From NCBI GenBank assembly GCA_017958185.1, contig JAGDDE010000029.1, forward strand, positions 29,972 to 93,971: DNA of 64,000 bases, read 5' to 3'. Made by a program: the position numbers and the translations under genes. Position 1 is the stretch's first letter, and every line of letters begins with the position of its first letter. Origin of the DNA: Lachnospiraceae bacterium. GTDB lineage: Bacteria > Bacillota > Clostridia > Lachnospirales > Lachnospiraceae. Of this stretch, positions 1 through 10,004 are shown one piece after another. The notes beneath the pieces are model-generated. The model did not search any database, had not been told where the DNA came from, and saw only the letters and a program-made list of their open reading frames with translations.

Positions 1-418
1 GCTTCAGCGCTTCACGTACGGAAAGCACCAGCTTCTTGCCGGCCTTTTCGGCGGTGATCACAACGGCATCCACGGTCTTGCCCTTGTATTCTTCCAGATT
101 CTCCACATAGCCGTTGGCCAGCTTGGAAGCCGGAATAAACGCTCTCACCTCATCGACGTAAGCGATCACGCCGCCCTTGACGGCGCTGTCGATGGTGACG
201 GAGATGGTTTCCTTCGAGTTCAGCAGCTCTTCGAAACGGGCCCAGACCGGATCATCGGTCGGAGGACCCTGCTTCAGCGAAGCCTCCAGTTCCGCCGCGT
301 AATCCGCCATGCTTTCCGCTGCTGCGGCTGCGGTCTCCTGAGCCGCTTCAACGGTCTCGGCTGCGGCCTGCGCGGCCGTGGTGACTTCTTCTGCTGCTTC
401 CATAATTTCCTGATTCAT
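1..418 (-). CDS. S1 RNA-binding domain protein, N-terminal part (3' end runs off the window)
   Basis: Own minus-strand translation from ATG at 418 (AGGAGG 5 nt upstream): MNQEIMEAAEE...SVTIDSAVKGGVIAYVDEVRAFIPASKLANGYVENLEEYKGKTVDAVVITAEKAGKKLVLSVREALK, an S1 OB-fold pattern. Absent from the ORF track because it is truncated. Confidence 0.7.
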   Translation of the reverse strand, partial: MNQEIMEAAEEVTTAAQAAAETVEAAQETAAAAAESMADYAAELEASLKQGPPTDDPVWARFEELLNSKETISVTIDSAVKGGVIAYVDEVRAFIPASKLANGYVENLEEYKGKTVDAVVITAEKAGKKLVLSVREALK

Positions 419-556
419 AAGAACCTCCTGCTTATCCTCCGGATGCCCTGCATCCGCGATCGTTTCTTACTATAACATTATTTTTTCCGGTATGCAATTG
501 ATTTTTTCGTTTTTCCGGCGAAATTTTCCTTAAAACTACCGGTTTTTCTGTGTTTT

Positions 557-1288
557 TCAATTGGCCGCTTCGATCAGCTGGCGCGTGTAGGGATGCTTCG
601 GGTGCTGAAAAATCTCGTCGATCGCGCCGGTCTCCACGATACGCCCCTCCTGCATGACCATGACCCGGTCGCAGAGCTGATACACCACGTTCATGTCATG
701 GGAAATGAACAGATAACTGAGCCCGTGCCTGCGGCGCATCTCGGCCAGCAGCTTCAGGATCTGTGCCTGGATCGTCACGTCCAGCGCGCTGACAGGCTCA
801 TCCGCCACCACCAGCCGGGGCCGCACGATGAGCGCCGCCGCGATGAGGACCCGCTGTTTCTGTCCGCCGGAAAGCTCCGACGGATGCCGGTCCAGGTATT
901 CTTCGGAAAGGCCCACCTGCTCCAGCATGGCCAGGATGCGCCGGCGCCGTTCCGGAGCGTCGTACTTTCCGTGGATCAGGAGCGGCTCCTCCATGATCCA
1001 GCCCACGGTACGTGCCGGGTTAAGGGCCGAGCTGGGGTCCTGGAAGATCACCTGCGGACGCGGGGTATAGTGCGTGACCGTGCCCTCGTAGCGCGGCAGC
1101 AGACCCAGCACGGCGCGCGCCAGCGTGGTCTTGCCGGAACCGCTCCCGCCCACCAGGCCCAGCGCTTCGCCGGCATACAGATCGAACGAGACGTCTTTCA
1201 GCACCTTCTGGACCTCTTTTTTGCGGAACAGGGTGCCTTCCGTCGTATAGGAGACGTTCAGGTCTCTGACTTCCAGTATCTTGTCCAT
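557..1288 (-). CDS. ABC transporter ATP-binding protein, OppF/DppF-like
   Basis: 243-aa ORF with Walker [10 protein letters not shown], signature LSGGQKQR and Walker B LVVADEP. Last gene of the minus-strand peptide-permease array. Confidence 0.9.
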   Translation of the reverse strand: MDKILEVRDLNVSYTTEGTLFRKKEVQKVLKDVSFDLYAGEALGLVGGSGSGKTTLARAVLGLLPRYEGTVTHYTPRPQVIFQDPSSALNPARTVGWIMEEPLLIHGKYDAPERRRRILAMLEQVGLSEEYLDRHPSELSGGQKQRVLIAAALIVRPRLVVADEPVSALDVTIQAQILKLLAEMRRRHGLSYLFISHDMNVVYQLCDRVMVMQEGRIVETGAIDEIFQHPKHPYTRQLIEAAN

Positions 1289-1292
1289 AGCG

Positions 1293-2129
1293 TCACCGGT
1301 TCCTTTGGCGGAGGCCTTCGCCCAGCAGGCTGAAGCCCAGGATCATCAGCACGATCACCAGTCCGACCGTCAGGGCGTACCAGGGCGCCCCGCGGAGGAT
1401 GGTATTCTGCGAATCATACAGCATGCGGCCCAGACTGACCTCGCTGGCGCTCACGCCCACGCCCAGGAAGCTCATGCTCGCCTCCGCCAGCACCGCGTTG
1501 TTGAAGCCGATGGAGACCGCCGGCAGAAGCACCGGCCAGACGTTGGGCAGGATATGGCGCAGCATGATGCGGAAAGGCCCCGCGCCCTGCAGCCGGGCCA
1601 GCTTCACATAGTTCTGGGTGCGGCAGCGGGCAAACTCGGTGCGGACCACGCGGGCAAAGCTCGGCACGAACAAAATGGCCAGGACCCAGACCACGTTTTT
1701 CACGCCCGGCTCCATGATGCGCAGGATGATCAGCGCCAGAAGGATGCTCGGGAATGCGGTGATCAGGTCGCAGATCCGCATGAGCACTTCGTCCACGACG
1801 CCGCCGAAATATCCGGTCAGGCTGCCGATGATCACGCCGGCAATCCCGCCGATCAGTACGACCAGAAACGCGATGAGCAGCGTGGTCCCGGCCCCGTTCA
1901 TGACGCGGGACAGGATGTCCCTTCCGAAACTGTCGGTGCCGAACCAGTGCGCCGGGGAAGGCGCCAGGCTCATGGCGTTCTCGTCGGGCAGAGAGGGATC
2001 GTACGGCGTCCAGATCTGCCCCAGCAGCGTGAAGAGGATCATAAAGACCGTGATCGCGGCGCCGGCTGTCAGAAACCAGTTGCCGGCGAAGGGATTTTTG
2101 TTTTTTACCGGCTGTTTGGCCATGCGCAC
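1293..2129 (-). CDS. ABC transporter permease, OppC/DppC-like
   Basis: 278-aa polytopic ORF. 4-nt gap to the downstream ATPase gene and 3-nt gap to the upstream permease gene. Confidence 0.9.
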   Translation of the reverse strand: MRMAKQPVKNKNPFAGNWFLTAGAAITVFMILFTLLGQIWTPYDPSLPDENAMSLAPSPAHWFGTDSFGRDILSRVMNGAGTTLLIAFLVVLIGGIAGVIIGSLTGYFGGVVDEVLMRICDLITAFPSILLALIILRIMEPGVKNVVWVLAILFVPSFARVVRTEFARCRTQNYVKLARLQGAGPFRIMLRHILPNVWPVLLPAVSIGFNNAVLAEASMSFLGVGVSASEVSLGRMLYDSQNTILRGAPWYALTVGLVIVLMILGFSLLGEGLRQRNR

Positions 2130-2132
2130 CTC

Positions 2133-3068
2133 CTACAGACGGACCCGGGGGTCCAGGATCTGGCCGAGGATATCCCCGATCAGATGGATGAGCATGACCC
2201 AGACGGCCAGGATCAGGACGATGGCTTCCACGACGGGGATGTCGCGGGTGCCGATGGAAGAAAGCAGCAGCCGCCCGATGCCGGGCACGGAAAACAGCTG
2301 CTCGATGACGATGCCCCCGGCCAGCATCTCGGCCGCGTTGGCGGCCAGGAAGGTGACGACGGGGAGCATGGCGTTCTTGAGGGCGTGCGCTTTCAGGGCC
2401 GAGCGGCGGCTGTGACCGCGGCTGTAGGCTGTCAGGATATAATCGCGCCCCAGTTCCTCGAGCGCGCTGGCCCGCAGCATCTTGGTGGTCATGGCGATGC
2501 GCGGCAGCGCCACCGAGAGGGCGGGGAAGATCATATAAAACAGAAACAGCGGCCAGGATTCGGTATACGGAACAAAGCGCCCGGGCGTGAAAACGCGCAG
2601 CAGCAGTCCGAATACGACGGTAAGGAGGACCGCGACGAAGAAGGGCGGGACCGCCATGAGGATCTGGTTGAGAACGGTGAACACCTTATCGACGGGCCGG
2701 CCTTCGCGGCGGGCGAGCCAGGCCCCGGCGGGAACGGAAACGGCAACGGTCAGGATGACCGCCATCAGCGTCATGATGAGCGTCACGGCAAGCTTTTCGC
2801 CGATCATCTCCCTTACGGGCAGGCGGTAGATGTACGAAGTGCCCATGTCGCCGCCCATGAAGTGCCAGAGCCATTCGCCGTAGCGCAGCGGCAGCGGGCG
2901 GTCGAGGCCCATGTCGGCGCGCAGCTGCGCGGCGGCCTCCGGGGTGGCGTTGGTGCCGAGGATGGTGGCGACCGGGTCGCCGATCATCTCAAAAGCGGCA
3001 TAGGAAAGGAAGGATACCGCCAGCAGCGTGGCTAAAAGCGTCAGCAGTTTCTTGCCGATATAACGCAT
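2133..3068 (-). CDS. ABC transporter permease, OppB/DppB-like
   Basis: 311-aa polytopic ORF with a binding-protein-dependent transporter loop (AYSRGHSRRSALKAHALKNAMLP). Confidence 0.9.
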   Translation of the reverse strand: MRYIGKKLLTLLATLLAVSFLSYAAFEMIGDPVATILGTNATPEAAAQLRADMGLDRPLPLRYGEWLWHFMGGDMGTSYIYRLPVREMIGEKLAVTLIMTLMAVILTVAVSVPAGAWLARREGRPVDKVFTVLNQILMAVPPFFVAVLLTVVFGLLLRVFTPGRFVPYTESWPLFLFYMIFPALSVALPRIAMTTKMLRASALEELGRDYILTAYSRGHSRRSALKAHALKNAMLPVVTFLAANAAEMLAGGIVIEQLFSVPGIGRLLLSSIGTRDIPVVEAIVLILAVWVMLIHLIGDILGQILDPRVRL

Positions 3069-3096
3069 ATCCCTCTCCTCTCCCTGTGCGGATGAT

Positions 3097-4611
3097 TCAG
3101 TTTTCCCAGCCGACGGTGCTGAGATCCATCACATACAGCGGGTAAAAACGGTACCCGGTCAGTCCGGTGCGGACGGCCACGAAATCGGCCATATCCTGCA
3201 GGAACACGGACGCGCACTCTTCGGCGAGCACCCGTTCCGCTTCGCGGTAAAGCTCCGTGCGGCGGGCGTCGTCATTCAGTGACGCGGCCTGCGCCATCAG
3301 CGCGTCGTATTCGGGGCTGGAAAAACCGCACATGTTCTTGGAAGAATCGGATACATAGCGGTTGAGCATGGCGCCCGCGGTCATCGTCGAGGCATCGAAG
3401 CCGCAGACCGTCGCTTCAAACTGGCGCCCGGCATAGATATCGGAGACCCAGGTGTTCCACTCCACCTCGCGGACGGTGGCGCGCACGCCCACCGCCTTCA
3501 GCTGCTCGGCGAGCACCTGCGCGGTGTCCACATGGGGCGTATAATTGGACGGGGCGATGATGGTCAGGTCAAACCCGTCCGGGTAGCCGGCTTCGGCCAG
3601 CAGCTGTCTGGCCCTGGCCGCATCGGTCTTGTAGAGATCGGTCAGGGAATCGTCGAAATACTTGCCGAAAGCGGGATACATGGCGCTGCCGACCTTGGTG
3701 CCGCGCCCGTCCGCCGTGAGTTTCATCATCTGATCGGTGTCGATGGCGTAGGCCAGCGCGCGGCGCACGCGCACGTCATTCAGCGGCGCCACCCGGTTGT
3801 TGAGGTACAGTCCCTGCACCAGGTTCATCGTGCCTTCCAGTACGGTGTATCTGTCGCTGAGGCCCTTGATCTGCGCGCCGGTGAGGTGCGCGGCCATATC
3901 GATGGTGCCGGCATCCAGCGCCATGACGAGGGCCGTGCCGGATTCGTAGACTTTGAAGGTGACCTGCTTCAGCCGCGCCTTGCTCCCCCAGTAGCTGTCA
4001 TAGCGCGCAAAGACGATCTCTTCCTGGACCTTGCGGCTCACATAGCGGAACGGGCCGGTGCCTACCGGTTCGGTGTCCAGCTTGTCATACCCGCTCGGCA
4101 CGATGTATACGCTGGCCGCATAGGCCAGGAAATCGCCGTCCCGCTGCTTCAGCGTGATGACCACCGTACGGTCATCCGCCGCCCGGACGGACTCCACCGT
4201 GCCGGTCAGGATGCTCTTCACGTTGGCATCGGTGGTCGTGTCGCGGCAGGTCTCGTAGGACCAGACCACGTCGGCGGCGGAAAGCTTCTTGCCGTTGTGG
4301 AAGGTGACGCCGCCGCGCAGCGTGAACGTATAGACCAGTCCGTCGTCAGAGACCGCGACCGTCTCCGCCAGCGCGGGCACCAGGCTCCCGTCGAAAGCCG
4401 GTTTATACAGGCCCTCGTAAACGTTGAACATGACTTCACGGGTCCCCGCCGTGGTCAGCTGGTACGGACTCAGACTGCTATTCAGATCCTGTCCGATGCC
4501 TACGGCTATGACCCCTTCCTCCCGGCGCGGATCCCCGGTCTTCTGACAGCCGGCAAGACAAAGCGCCAGGAGCAGTGCGGACAACAGAAGCGAAACAAGC
4601 GGTTTTTTCAT
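3097..4611 (-). CDS. Peptide/nickel ABC transporter substrate-binding lipoprotein (family 5 SBP)
   Basis: ORF 3097..4647 (TTG) trimmed to ATG 4611, which has an AAAGGAAAGGA RBS. Signal peptide with lipobox LCLAGC; about 500 aa, typical of Opp/Dpp/Nik binding proteins. Confidence 0.9.
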   Translation of the reverse strand: MKKPLVSLLLSALLLALCLAGCQKTGDPRREEGVIAVGIGQDLNSSLSPYQLTTAGTREVMFNVYEGLYKPAFDGSLVPALAETVAVSDDGLVYTFTLRGGVTFHNGKKLSAADVVWSYETCRDTTTDANVKSILTGTVESVRAADDRTVVITLKQRDGDFLAYAASVYIVPSGYDKLDTEPVGTGPFRYVSRKVQEEIVFARYDSYWGSKARLKQVTFKVYESGTALVMALDAGTIDMAAHLTGAQIKGLSDRYTVLEGTMNLVQGLYLNNRVAPLNDVRVRRALAYAIDTDQMMKLTADGRGTKVGSAMYPAFGKYFDDSLTDLYKTDAARARQLLAEAGYPDGFDLTIIAPSNYTPHVDTAQVLAEQLKAVGVRATVREVEWNTWVSDIYAGRQFEATVCGFDASTMTAGAMLNRYVSDSSKNMCGFSSPEYDALMAQAASLNDDARRTELYREAERVLAEECASVFLQDMADFVAVRTGLTGYRFYPLYVMDLSTVGWEN

Positions 4612-4736
4612 GTTATTATCCTTTCCTTTGGGCCTTCGCCCATGCAAAGAACTCCGGCCTTCGCCGGATTGACTGATATTCTACCCTGTTTTCCCGGGGA
4701 TTGCAAGCGAAACCGAAGAGAGATCCGCCATTCCCC

Positions 4737-4765
4737 TTGCCTTCTCCGATAAAATCACTTATACT
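4737..4765 (+). promoter_or_regulatory. Sigma-A-like promoter upstream of the flavoprotein gene
   Basis: TTGCCT - 17 nt - TATACT read directly, about 30 nt upstream of the RBS GAAAGGAG. Confidence 0.5.
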
Positions 4766-4791
4766 AAAGAAAACAGCTGAAAGGAGCCTAA

Positions 4792-5415
4792 GTGGCCATG
4801 AAAGTACTGATCCTGAACGGAAGTCCGCATGCGGCCGGCAATACCGCAGCGGCCCTGGATGAGATGGTGAAGGTTTTTGCGGAAGAAGGTGTGGAGACCG
4901 AGGTCGTCCGGCTCGGAAACCGGGATATCCGCGGATGCATCGCCTGTAATACCTGCGGCGCGCGCGGAAAATGCGTTTTCAACGATATCGTGAATGAGAT
5001 CGCGCCGAAGCTCGAAGCGGCGGACGGTCTGGTCGTTGCTTCTCCGGTGTACTATGCCTCGGCCAACGCCACGCTGATCGCCTGTCTGGACCGTCTCTTC
5101 TACAGCATTCACTTCGATACGACCATGAAGGTCGGCGCCTCCGTGGCCGTAGCCCGGCGCGGCGGGTGTTCGGCGACTTTCGACGAACTGAACAAATACT
5201 TCACCATCAGCGGCATGCCCGTGGCCTCCAGCCAGTACTGGAACAGTGTGCACGGTCTTTCCGCCGGCGATGCGGCGCAGGACGCCGAGGGGCTCCAGAC
5301 CATGCGCACGCTGGCCCGCAACATGACCTTCCTCATGCGGGGCATCGCCCTGGCGAAGGAGACGTACGGACTTCCGGAAAAAGAGGCTCGTCAGTCCACC
5401 CATTTCATCCGCTGA
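4792..5415 (+). CDS. Flavodoxin-like fold NAD(P)H-dependent FMN reductase / iron-sulfur flavoprotein
   Basis: MKVLILNGSPHAAGNT N-terminus and a CIACNTCGARGKC cysteine cluster. GTG 4792 or ATG 4798 are both possible starts. Confidence 0.85.
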   Translation: MAMKVLILNGSPHAAGNTAAALDEMVKVFAEEGVETEVVRLGNRDIRGCIACNTCGARGKCVFNDIVNEIAPKLEAADGLVVASPVYYASANATLIACLDRLFYSIHFDTTMKVGASVAVARRGGCSATFDELNKYFTISGMPVASSQYWNSVHGLSAGDAAQDAEGLQTMRTLARNMTFLMRGIALAKETYGLPEKEARQSTHFIR

Positions 5416-5461
5416 GAGACAAAAACATCCGTGCCTTAAAGGACGGCTGTTGCGTTTTCCG

Positions 5462-5499
5462 CAAAGGGCCGGCCGGGCTTTTGCCCGGCCGGCCCTTTG
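5462..5499. terminator. Bidirectional intrinsic terminator between convergent genes
   Basis: Perfect 17-bp inverted repeat CAAAGGGCCGGCCGGGC-TTTT-GCCCGGCCGGCCCTTTG. Confidence 0.75.
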
Positions 5500-5511
5500 G
5501 CACGGCAGATC

Positions 5512-6159
5512 TCAGTCATCTTTCATCCGGATCTCTGCCGTGACGGCGGGATCCACCAGCTGCAGAAAGCGGCGGGCATCCTCCTGGGTGCCGACGATAT
5601 CGCCGTAATGCGTGGGCACGGCCGCCTTCGGATGCAGGCGGTTGACGAAGTGCGCGGCCTCGTCGGCCGTCATCGTGTATGTCCCGCCGACCGGCACGAT
5701 GGCCACGTCGCATACGACTTTGGCATTGTCTTCGTTCTCATCCGTATCGCCGGCCACATAATAATCCAGGCCGTTCAGCCGGATCACGAAGCCGAGCCAG
5801 CCCCTCTCTTTGGTGTGGAAGGGACGGCTGTTGTTGTAGGCGTTCACCGCCCGGATGCGCACCCCGCGCACCTCCCGGTCTTCGCCGGGCTGCATGGCCA
5901 CCAGCCGGGAGACCGGATAGCCCGCTGCCAGCGCTGCGGGGATCATAGAGAAGGGGATCACCAGCACCGCGTCCGGAGCGGCTGCCTTTTCGATATCCTT
6001 CGGGGAAAAATGATCGTGGTGCTCATGGGTGACGAGTATGATGTCCGCGTCCTGCGGCGACTCCTTCAGATGGAAAGGGTCCACGCAGACCACGTGCTCG
6101 CCGTCGATCCGGACAGCGCTGTGGCCGTACAGGGTTACCGAAGAAAGGTCAAATGACAT
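5512..6159 (-). CDS. MBL-fold metallo-hydrolase
   Basis: 215-aa ORF with the metal motif THEHHDHF (HxHxDH). Confidence 0.85.
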   Translation of the reverse strand: MSFDLSSVTLYGHSAVRIDGEHVVCVDPFHLKESPQDADIILVTHEHHDHFSPKDIEKAAAPDAVLVIPFSMIPAALAAGYPVSRLVAMQPGEDREVRGVRIRAVNAYNNSRPFHTKERGWLGFVIRLNGLDYYVAGDTDENEDNAKVVCDVAIVPVGGTYTMTADEAAHFVNRLHPKAAVPTHYGDIVGTQEDARRFLQLVDPAVTAEIRMKDD

Positions 6160-6170
6160 AGCAGCTCCTT

Positions 6171-6965
6171 TCAGCGCAGATGCTTTTCCCTGGTCGGGAT
6201 GGAATCGATCAGGATCCTGGTGTATTCGTGGGCGGGGTGCCGGAAGATCTCATCGGCCGATCCTTCCTCTACGATGAGGCCGCGGTGCATGACGAGCACG
6301 CGGCTGCACAGTTTCCGGACGACCCGCAGATTATGGGAGATGAACAGAATGGAAGTGCCTTTGGTCTGGTTGATCTTGATGAGCAGATCCAGGATCTGGC
6401 CCTGGATGGTCACGTCGAGCGCCGTCGTTGGCTCGTCGGCGATCAGTAGTTTGGGGTCGTTGATGATCGCGGCGGCGATCATGCAGCGCTGCAGCATGCC
6501 TCCGGAGAGTTCATGCGGATACTTTTCGTAGATGCGTTCCGGTTCCGGCAGTTCCGCCTCCGTCATGGCGGCCAGTGCTCTCTCCCGCCGCTCCTCCGGA
6601 GCCATATCGGGACAGTGCACCGTCAGGCTCTCCTCGACCTGCCGCCCGATCTTCATGACCGGATCAAAGGCGCTCATGGGCTGCTGGAAGATGACACCGA
6701 AATCCTTGCCCTGCATGCCGCGCAGTTCCTGGCGGCTGCAGTGGTAGATGTCCTTGCCGGAAAGCAGGATCTCGCCCGTGTAATCACACTTGCGGCGCGG
6801 AAGCAGTCCGGTCACCGCCATTGCGGTGACGCTCTTTCCGGAGCCGCTTTCCCCCACGAGGCCCAGGATCTCCCCGTCTTCCACGCAAAAGGAGATGCCT
6901 CCGACGGCAAAGCGGTCGGGTGCGGCATCGTGGAAATGGACTTTCAGATCGGTGACTTCCAGCAT
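6171..6965 (-). CDS. ABC transporter ATP-binding protein, OppD/DppD-like
   Basis: Walker A GESGSGKS, signature LSGGMLQR, Walker B LLIADEPT. Confidence 0.9.
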   Translation of the reverse strand: MLEVTDLKVHFHDAAPDRFAVGGISFCVEDGEILGLVGESGSGKSVTAMAVTGLLPRRKCDYTGEILLSGKDIYHCSRQELRGMQGKDFGVIFQQPMSAFDPVMKIGRQVEESLTVHCPDMAPEERRERALAAMTEAELPEPERIYEKYPHELSGGMLQRCMIAAAIINDPKLLIADEPTTALDVTIQGQILDLLIKINQTKGTSILFISHNLRVVRKLCSRVLVMHRGLIVEEGSADEIFRHPAHEYTRILIDSIPTREKHLR

Positions 6966-7116
6966 GGCGGCCTCCCGGTGCGGCGCATTCCGGCCTTCCG
7001 GATGACGGCCGGAAATTTATCATAGCAAACTTTCCCGTTTTCGGCAAGTTCTTTCGTTCATTTGTACGGCTGCCCGTCATAAAAAATGGACCCCGAGGGG
7101 CCCCTTTTCAGTTTGC

Positions 7117-8289
7117 TCAATGCTTTCCGCCCATGCCGCCCTGGCCGCCCATCATCTGATTGGCGATCTGCGTGGTCAGCACGCCGTTTACATAAACGGT
7201 GCCGCCGGTGAAGGTGCAGGTGCCGTCATAATCGAAGGCCGAACGGGCTGTGATATTGACGGTCCCGCCGGTTATGACCAAGTCTCCGTTGGAGTCGACC
7301 GCGTCCGTATCGCCGCTGCCCATCACGATCGTCGTCGTACCGCCGGTGAATTCCACCAGCACGGAAAGGTTTTTCGCTTTCTGCCCGCCGTTGATCCCGT
7401 CATCGGTCGCCGTGATATCGATGGTCCCGCCCTGGATCTTCACCTGCGTGGCCTCGATCCCCTCGGCGCCTTTCAGACTGTATCTGCCGGCGGAGATCAC
7501 AGCTGTCGTCGTGGCATGCAGCGCATCGTCGCCCGCATTCACGGTCCATTCCCCGCCCAGGAGCATCACAGAACCCTGCGAAGCATCGTCCTCGTTTTCC
7601 GCGTGCAGCCCGTCCATGCCGGCCTTGAGCGTCCAGGTGCCGCCGCTGCCGATGATTTCGTCATTGGCGCGGACTGCGCAGGCGTTTGCGCTGATCTCCC
7701 AGGTGCCGCCGGTCAGTTTCACGTCATCGCGGCCGTTCACGCCGTGATCCGTGGAGGAGATGACCGCATTGCCCAGGCCGTTCAGCACCAGATCGTCCCG
7801 GGAATCGATGACCGCATTGCAGGTCACGCCGCCCGACGATGCAAATGTTCCGGTCACCGTCAGGGTATTTTCGCTCCCTTCAGCCAAGGTGACAAATACC
7901 TTATCGGCGTTCAGCACATGGATGACCGGCAGTGATGTGTTCGTCACATTCAGGCCGTTCAACACCAGCTGCACTTTATCGTCGTCGCCGGCGTTTACTT
8001 CGATCATCGTATTCCGGACCGTGCCCGAAAGGACATAAACGCCGGCTTTGGTGACAGTGACGGTCGAACCGCTCGTCAGCGTCACCGTCTCGGCGCCGGT
8101 CAGATCCGCGTTTTGCGCCAGGTCGCGCTCCGTCAGCAGGGATGCCGCGAGTGAGGCGGCCGCCGCCGTATCCTCCGCTGTGGATTTCCCTGTCTGCGCG
8201 GCGCATCCGGCCGCCGCCAGCGCCACCGCCGCTCCCAGCAGCAGCGCAGTTATCATCATTCCGATTTTCTTTCCGCTTGTTTTCTTCAT
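7117..8289 (-). CDS. Secreted lipoprotein with G/T/N-rich beta-helix-like repeats (resembles the Cthe_2159-type carbohydrate-binding family, from memory)
   Basis: ORF 7117..8370 trimmed to ATG 8289 (GAGAGGA RBS). Signal peptide plus lipobox LAAAGC. Repetitive ..V.L.G.T... segments throughout. Confidence 0.7.
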   Translation of the reverse strand: MKKTSGKKIGMMITALLLGAAVALAAAGCAAQTGKSTAEDTAAAASLAASLLTERDLAQNADLTGAETVTLTSGSTVTVTKAGVYVLSGTVRNTMIEVNAGDDDKVQLVLNGLNVTNTSLPVIHVLNADKVFVTLAEGSENTLTVTGTFASSGGVTCNAVIDSRDDLVLNGLGNAVISSTDHGVNGRDDVKLTGGTWEISANACAVRANDEIIGSGGTWTLKAGMDGLHAENEDDASQGSVMLLGGEWTVNAGDDALHATTTAVISAGRYSLKGAEGIEATQVKIQGGTIDITATDDGINGGQKAKNLSVLVEFTGGTTTIVMGSGDTDAVDSNGDLVITGGTVNITARSAFDYDGTCTFTGGTVYVNGVLTTQIANQMMGGQGGMGGKH

Positions 8290-8422
8290 GACTGTATCCT
8301 CTCTTTTCCGGCTCCGGAGAACCTCGCCGGAAGGACCTGCCTGCCTTCTGACACGCAGTATAACGGACAAACCTAAAACGAACTTAAAGCAGGAAAAACT
8401 TTTTCAAAGATTTTGTGCAGCC

Positions 8423-8451
8423 TTGCAAGCCTGCGCGAAACAGTTTATAAT
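8423..8451 (+). promoter_or_regulatory. Sigma-A-like promoter of the DD-carboxypeptidase gene
   Basis: TTGCAA - 17 nt - TATAAT read directly. Confidence 0.6.
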
Positions 8452-8493
8452 CAGTGACAGTACCCGCTTTCTGCGATCCTTCGGAGGGACTTC

Positions 8494-9933
8494 ATGAGAC
8501 GCCGTCTCTTTGCCTGTTTTCTGATCCTGCTGCTTAGCGCGGGCCTTCTGGCCGGCGCCGCGGAGCCCCCTGCGTCCGAGGCCCCCCCTTCGGAGGCTCC
8601 GTCCGGGTCTGCCCCCGCGGAAACAGTCCCGGAGTCGCCGTATGTGCCCATGCCCACACCGGCCGGCATCCTGGCCCTGCCGGATCTGGCAGACGTGGCC
8701 GAGCCGCCCGCCGTCTCCGCGCCGCACGCCGTTTTGTACGATATGAATTCACATACCGTGCTCTATGCCAAGGACGCCTACAGCCGCGCCTATCCGGCCA
8801 GCATCACCAAGGTGATGACCGCCCTGCTGACCGTGGAGCACTGCGACCTCAACGATACGGTCACGTTTTCTTACAACGCCACGCACAATTATGACCGGGA
8901 AAGCAGCTCCATCGCCCGGACCGAAGGCGAGGAAATGAGCGTCATCGACTGCCTGTACGGCATGATGCTCGCCTCCGCCAACGAAGTGGCCCAGGGTCTG
9001 GCGGAGCATGTTTCCGGCTCTATCCGCACTTTTACAGCCCTCATGAACCAGCGGTCCCGCCAGCTGGGCGCCATCAACACCCGTTTTGCCAATCCGCACG
9101 GACTGCACGACGACAGCCACTATACCTGCTGCTACGATATGGCGCTGTTTATGACGGAAGCCATGAAGCATCCCGAACTGCGGGAGATCATGGGCACCTA
9201 CCGCTACGAGATCCCGCCCACGAACAAACACGACGAGATCACCTACGTGCGGATGACCCACCCGCTGCTGACAGGAATTTACGATATGCGTTATGCCGAT
9301 GCGGTAGCCGGGAAGACGGGCTACACACCCAACGCCGGCTACACGCTGGTCACCTACGCCTCCCGCGACGATATGAACCTCGTCTGCGTGATCATGGGCG
9401 CCTCCACGCCGGCCTACTGCGGTCTGGATTCCACCCTGCTCTTTGAGTACGGCTTCAACAACTTCAACACCTTCGACATGAAGAATTACGAGGAAAGCCG
9501 CACCGCCTCGGGCCCTCTCAGCGGCCAGATGCTGGCGCTCTCCTCTCCCGAGCCGGTCTGGGTGACCCTGCCGAAGGGCATGACGCCGGAAGTCCTTGCG
9601 TCGCGCACCGTGTACGGCGGCGGAGAGGACCAGGCAGCCTCCCGGGAATACTACCTGGGCCGGACGCTGCTCGCCCGTATGCCGTTAGTCATCGGCCGGG
9701 TGAAAGAACTGGTCCCGGTCGACAAGACCGTCAGCGTTGCCAAGACCCGGAGAGAGATCCTGCGGACGCCCGTACTGGGGCTTCCCGTCGCCTACTGGGC
9801 CATCGGCGGTATCGGACTGTTATGCGCGGCCGTGCTGGGTCTGCTCATCTGGTTCGCGGTATATACCGTGCGGCGCCTGCGGCGCTCCAAGGAAGACGAA
9901 CTGGCCGCTATCGCCAGAAAGCGGCGGGAATGA
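8494..9933 (+). CDS. D-alanyl-D-alanine carboxypeptidase (serine-type PBP5/6-like) with C-terminal membrane anchor
   Basis: Signal peptide; SxxK (ASITK), SxN (SANE) and KTG (GKTGYT) motifs; C-terminal TM helix. Confidence 0.9.
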   Translation: MRRRLFACFLILLLSAGLLAGAAEPPASEAPPSEAPSGSAPAETVPESPYVPMPTPAGILALPDLADVAEPPAVSAPHAVLYDMNSHTVLYAKDAYSRAYPASITKVMTALLTVEHCDLNDTVTFSYNATHNYDRESSSIARTEGEEMSVIDCLYGMMLASANEVAQGLAEHVSGSIRTFTALMNQRSRQLGAINTRFANPHGLHDDSHYTCCYDMALFMTEAMKHPELREIMGTYRYEIPPTNKHDEITYVRMTHPLLTGIYDMRYADAVAGKTGYTPNAGYTLVTYASRDDMNLVCVIMGASTPAYCGLDSTLLFEYGFNNFNTFDMKNYEESRTASGPLSGQMLALSSPEPVWVTLPKGMTPEVLASRTVYGGGEDQAASREYYLGRTLLARMPLVIGRVKELVPVDKTVSVAKTRREILRTPVLGLPVAYWAIGGIGLLCAAVLGLLIWFAVYTVRRLRRSKEDELAAIARKRRE

Positions 9934-10004
9934 GCGGAGCGAACAAAAGAAGACCGGAGGAAGCGTTTCTTTCGCCTCCCCCGGTCTCTTCTTTTGCTGC
10001 CGTT

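Noticed and set aside
1281-3035. 584-aa plus-strand ORF across the permease genes. Similar antisense ORFs occur at 3532..4752, 26619..27929, 27957..29558, 30110..31390, 43192..44895, 52067..53332, 54045..55415, 55444..57546 and 57534..59048.
   Set aside because: Same reasoning as above. They are antisense to genes with unmistakable family motifs, and they have biased composition and no translation signals.
4792-6159. Considered whether the flavoprotein and MBL genes are a foreign insertion into the opp-like operon.
   Set aside because: Composition and codon style look the same as the flanking genes, and there are no repeats or mobility genes at the junctions.
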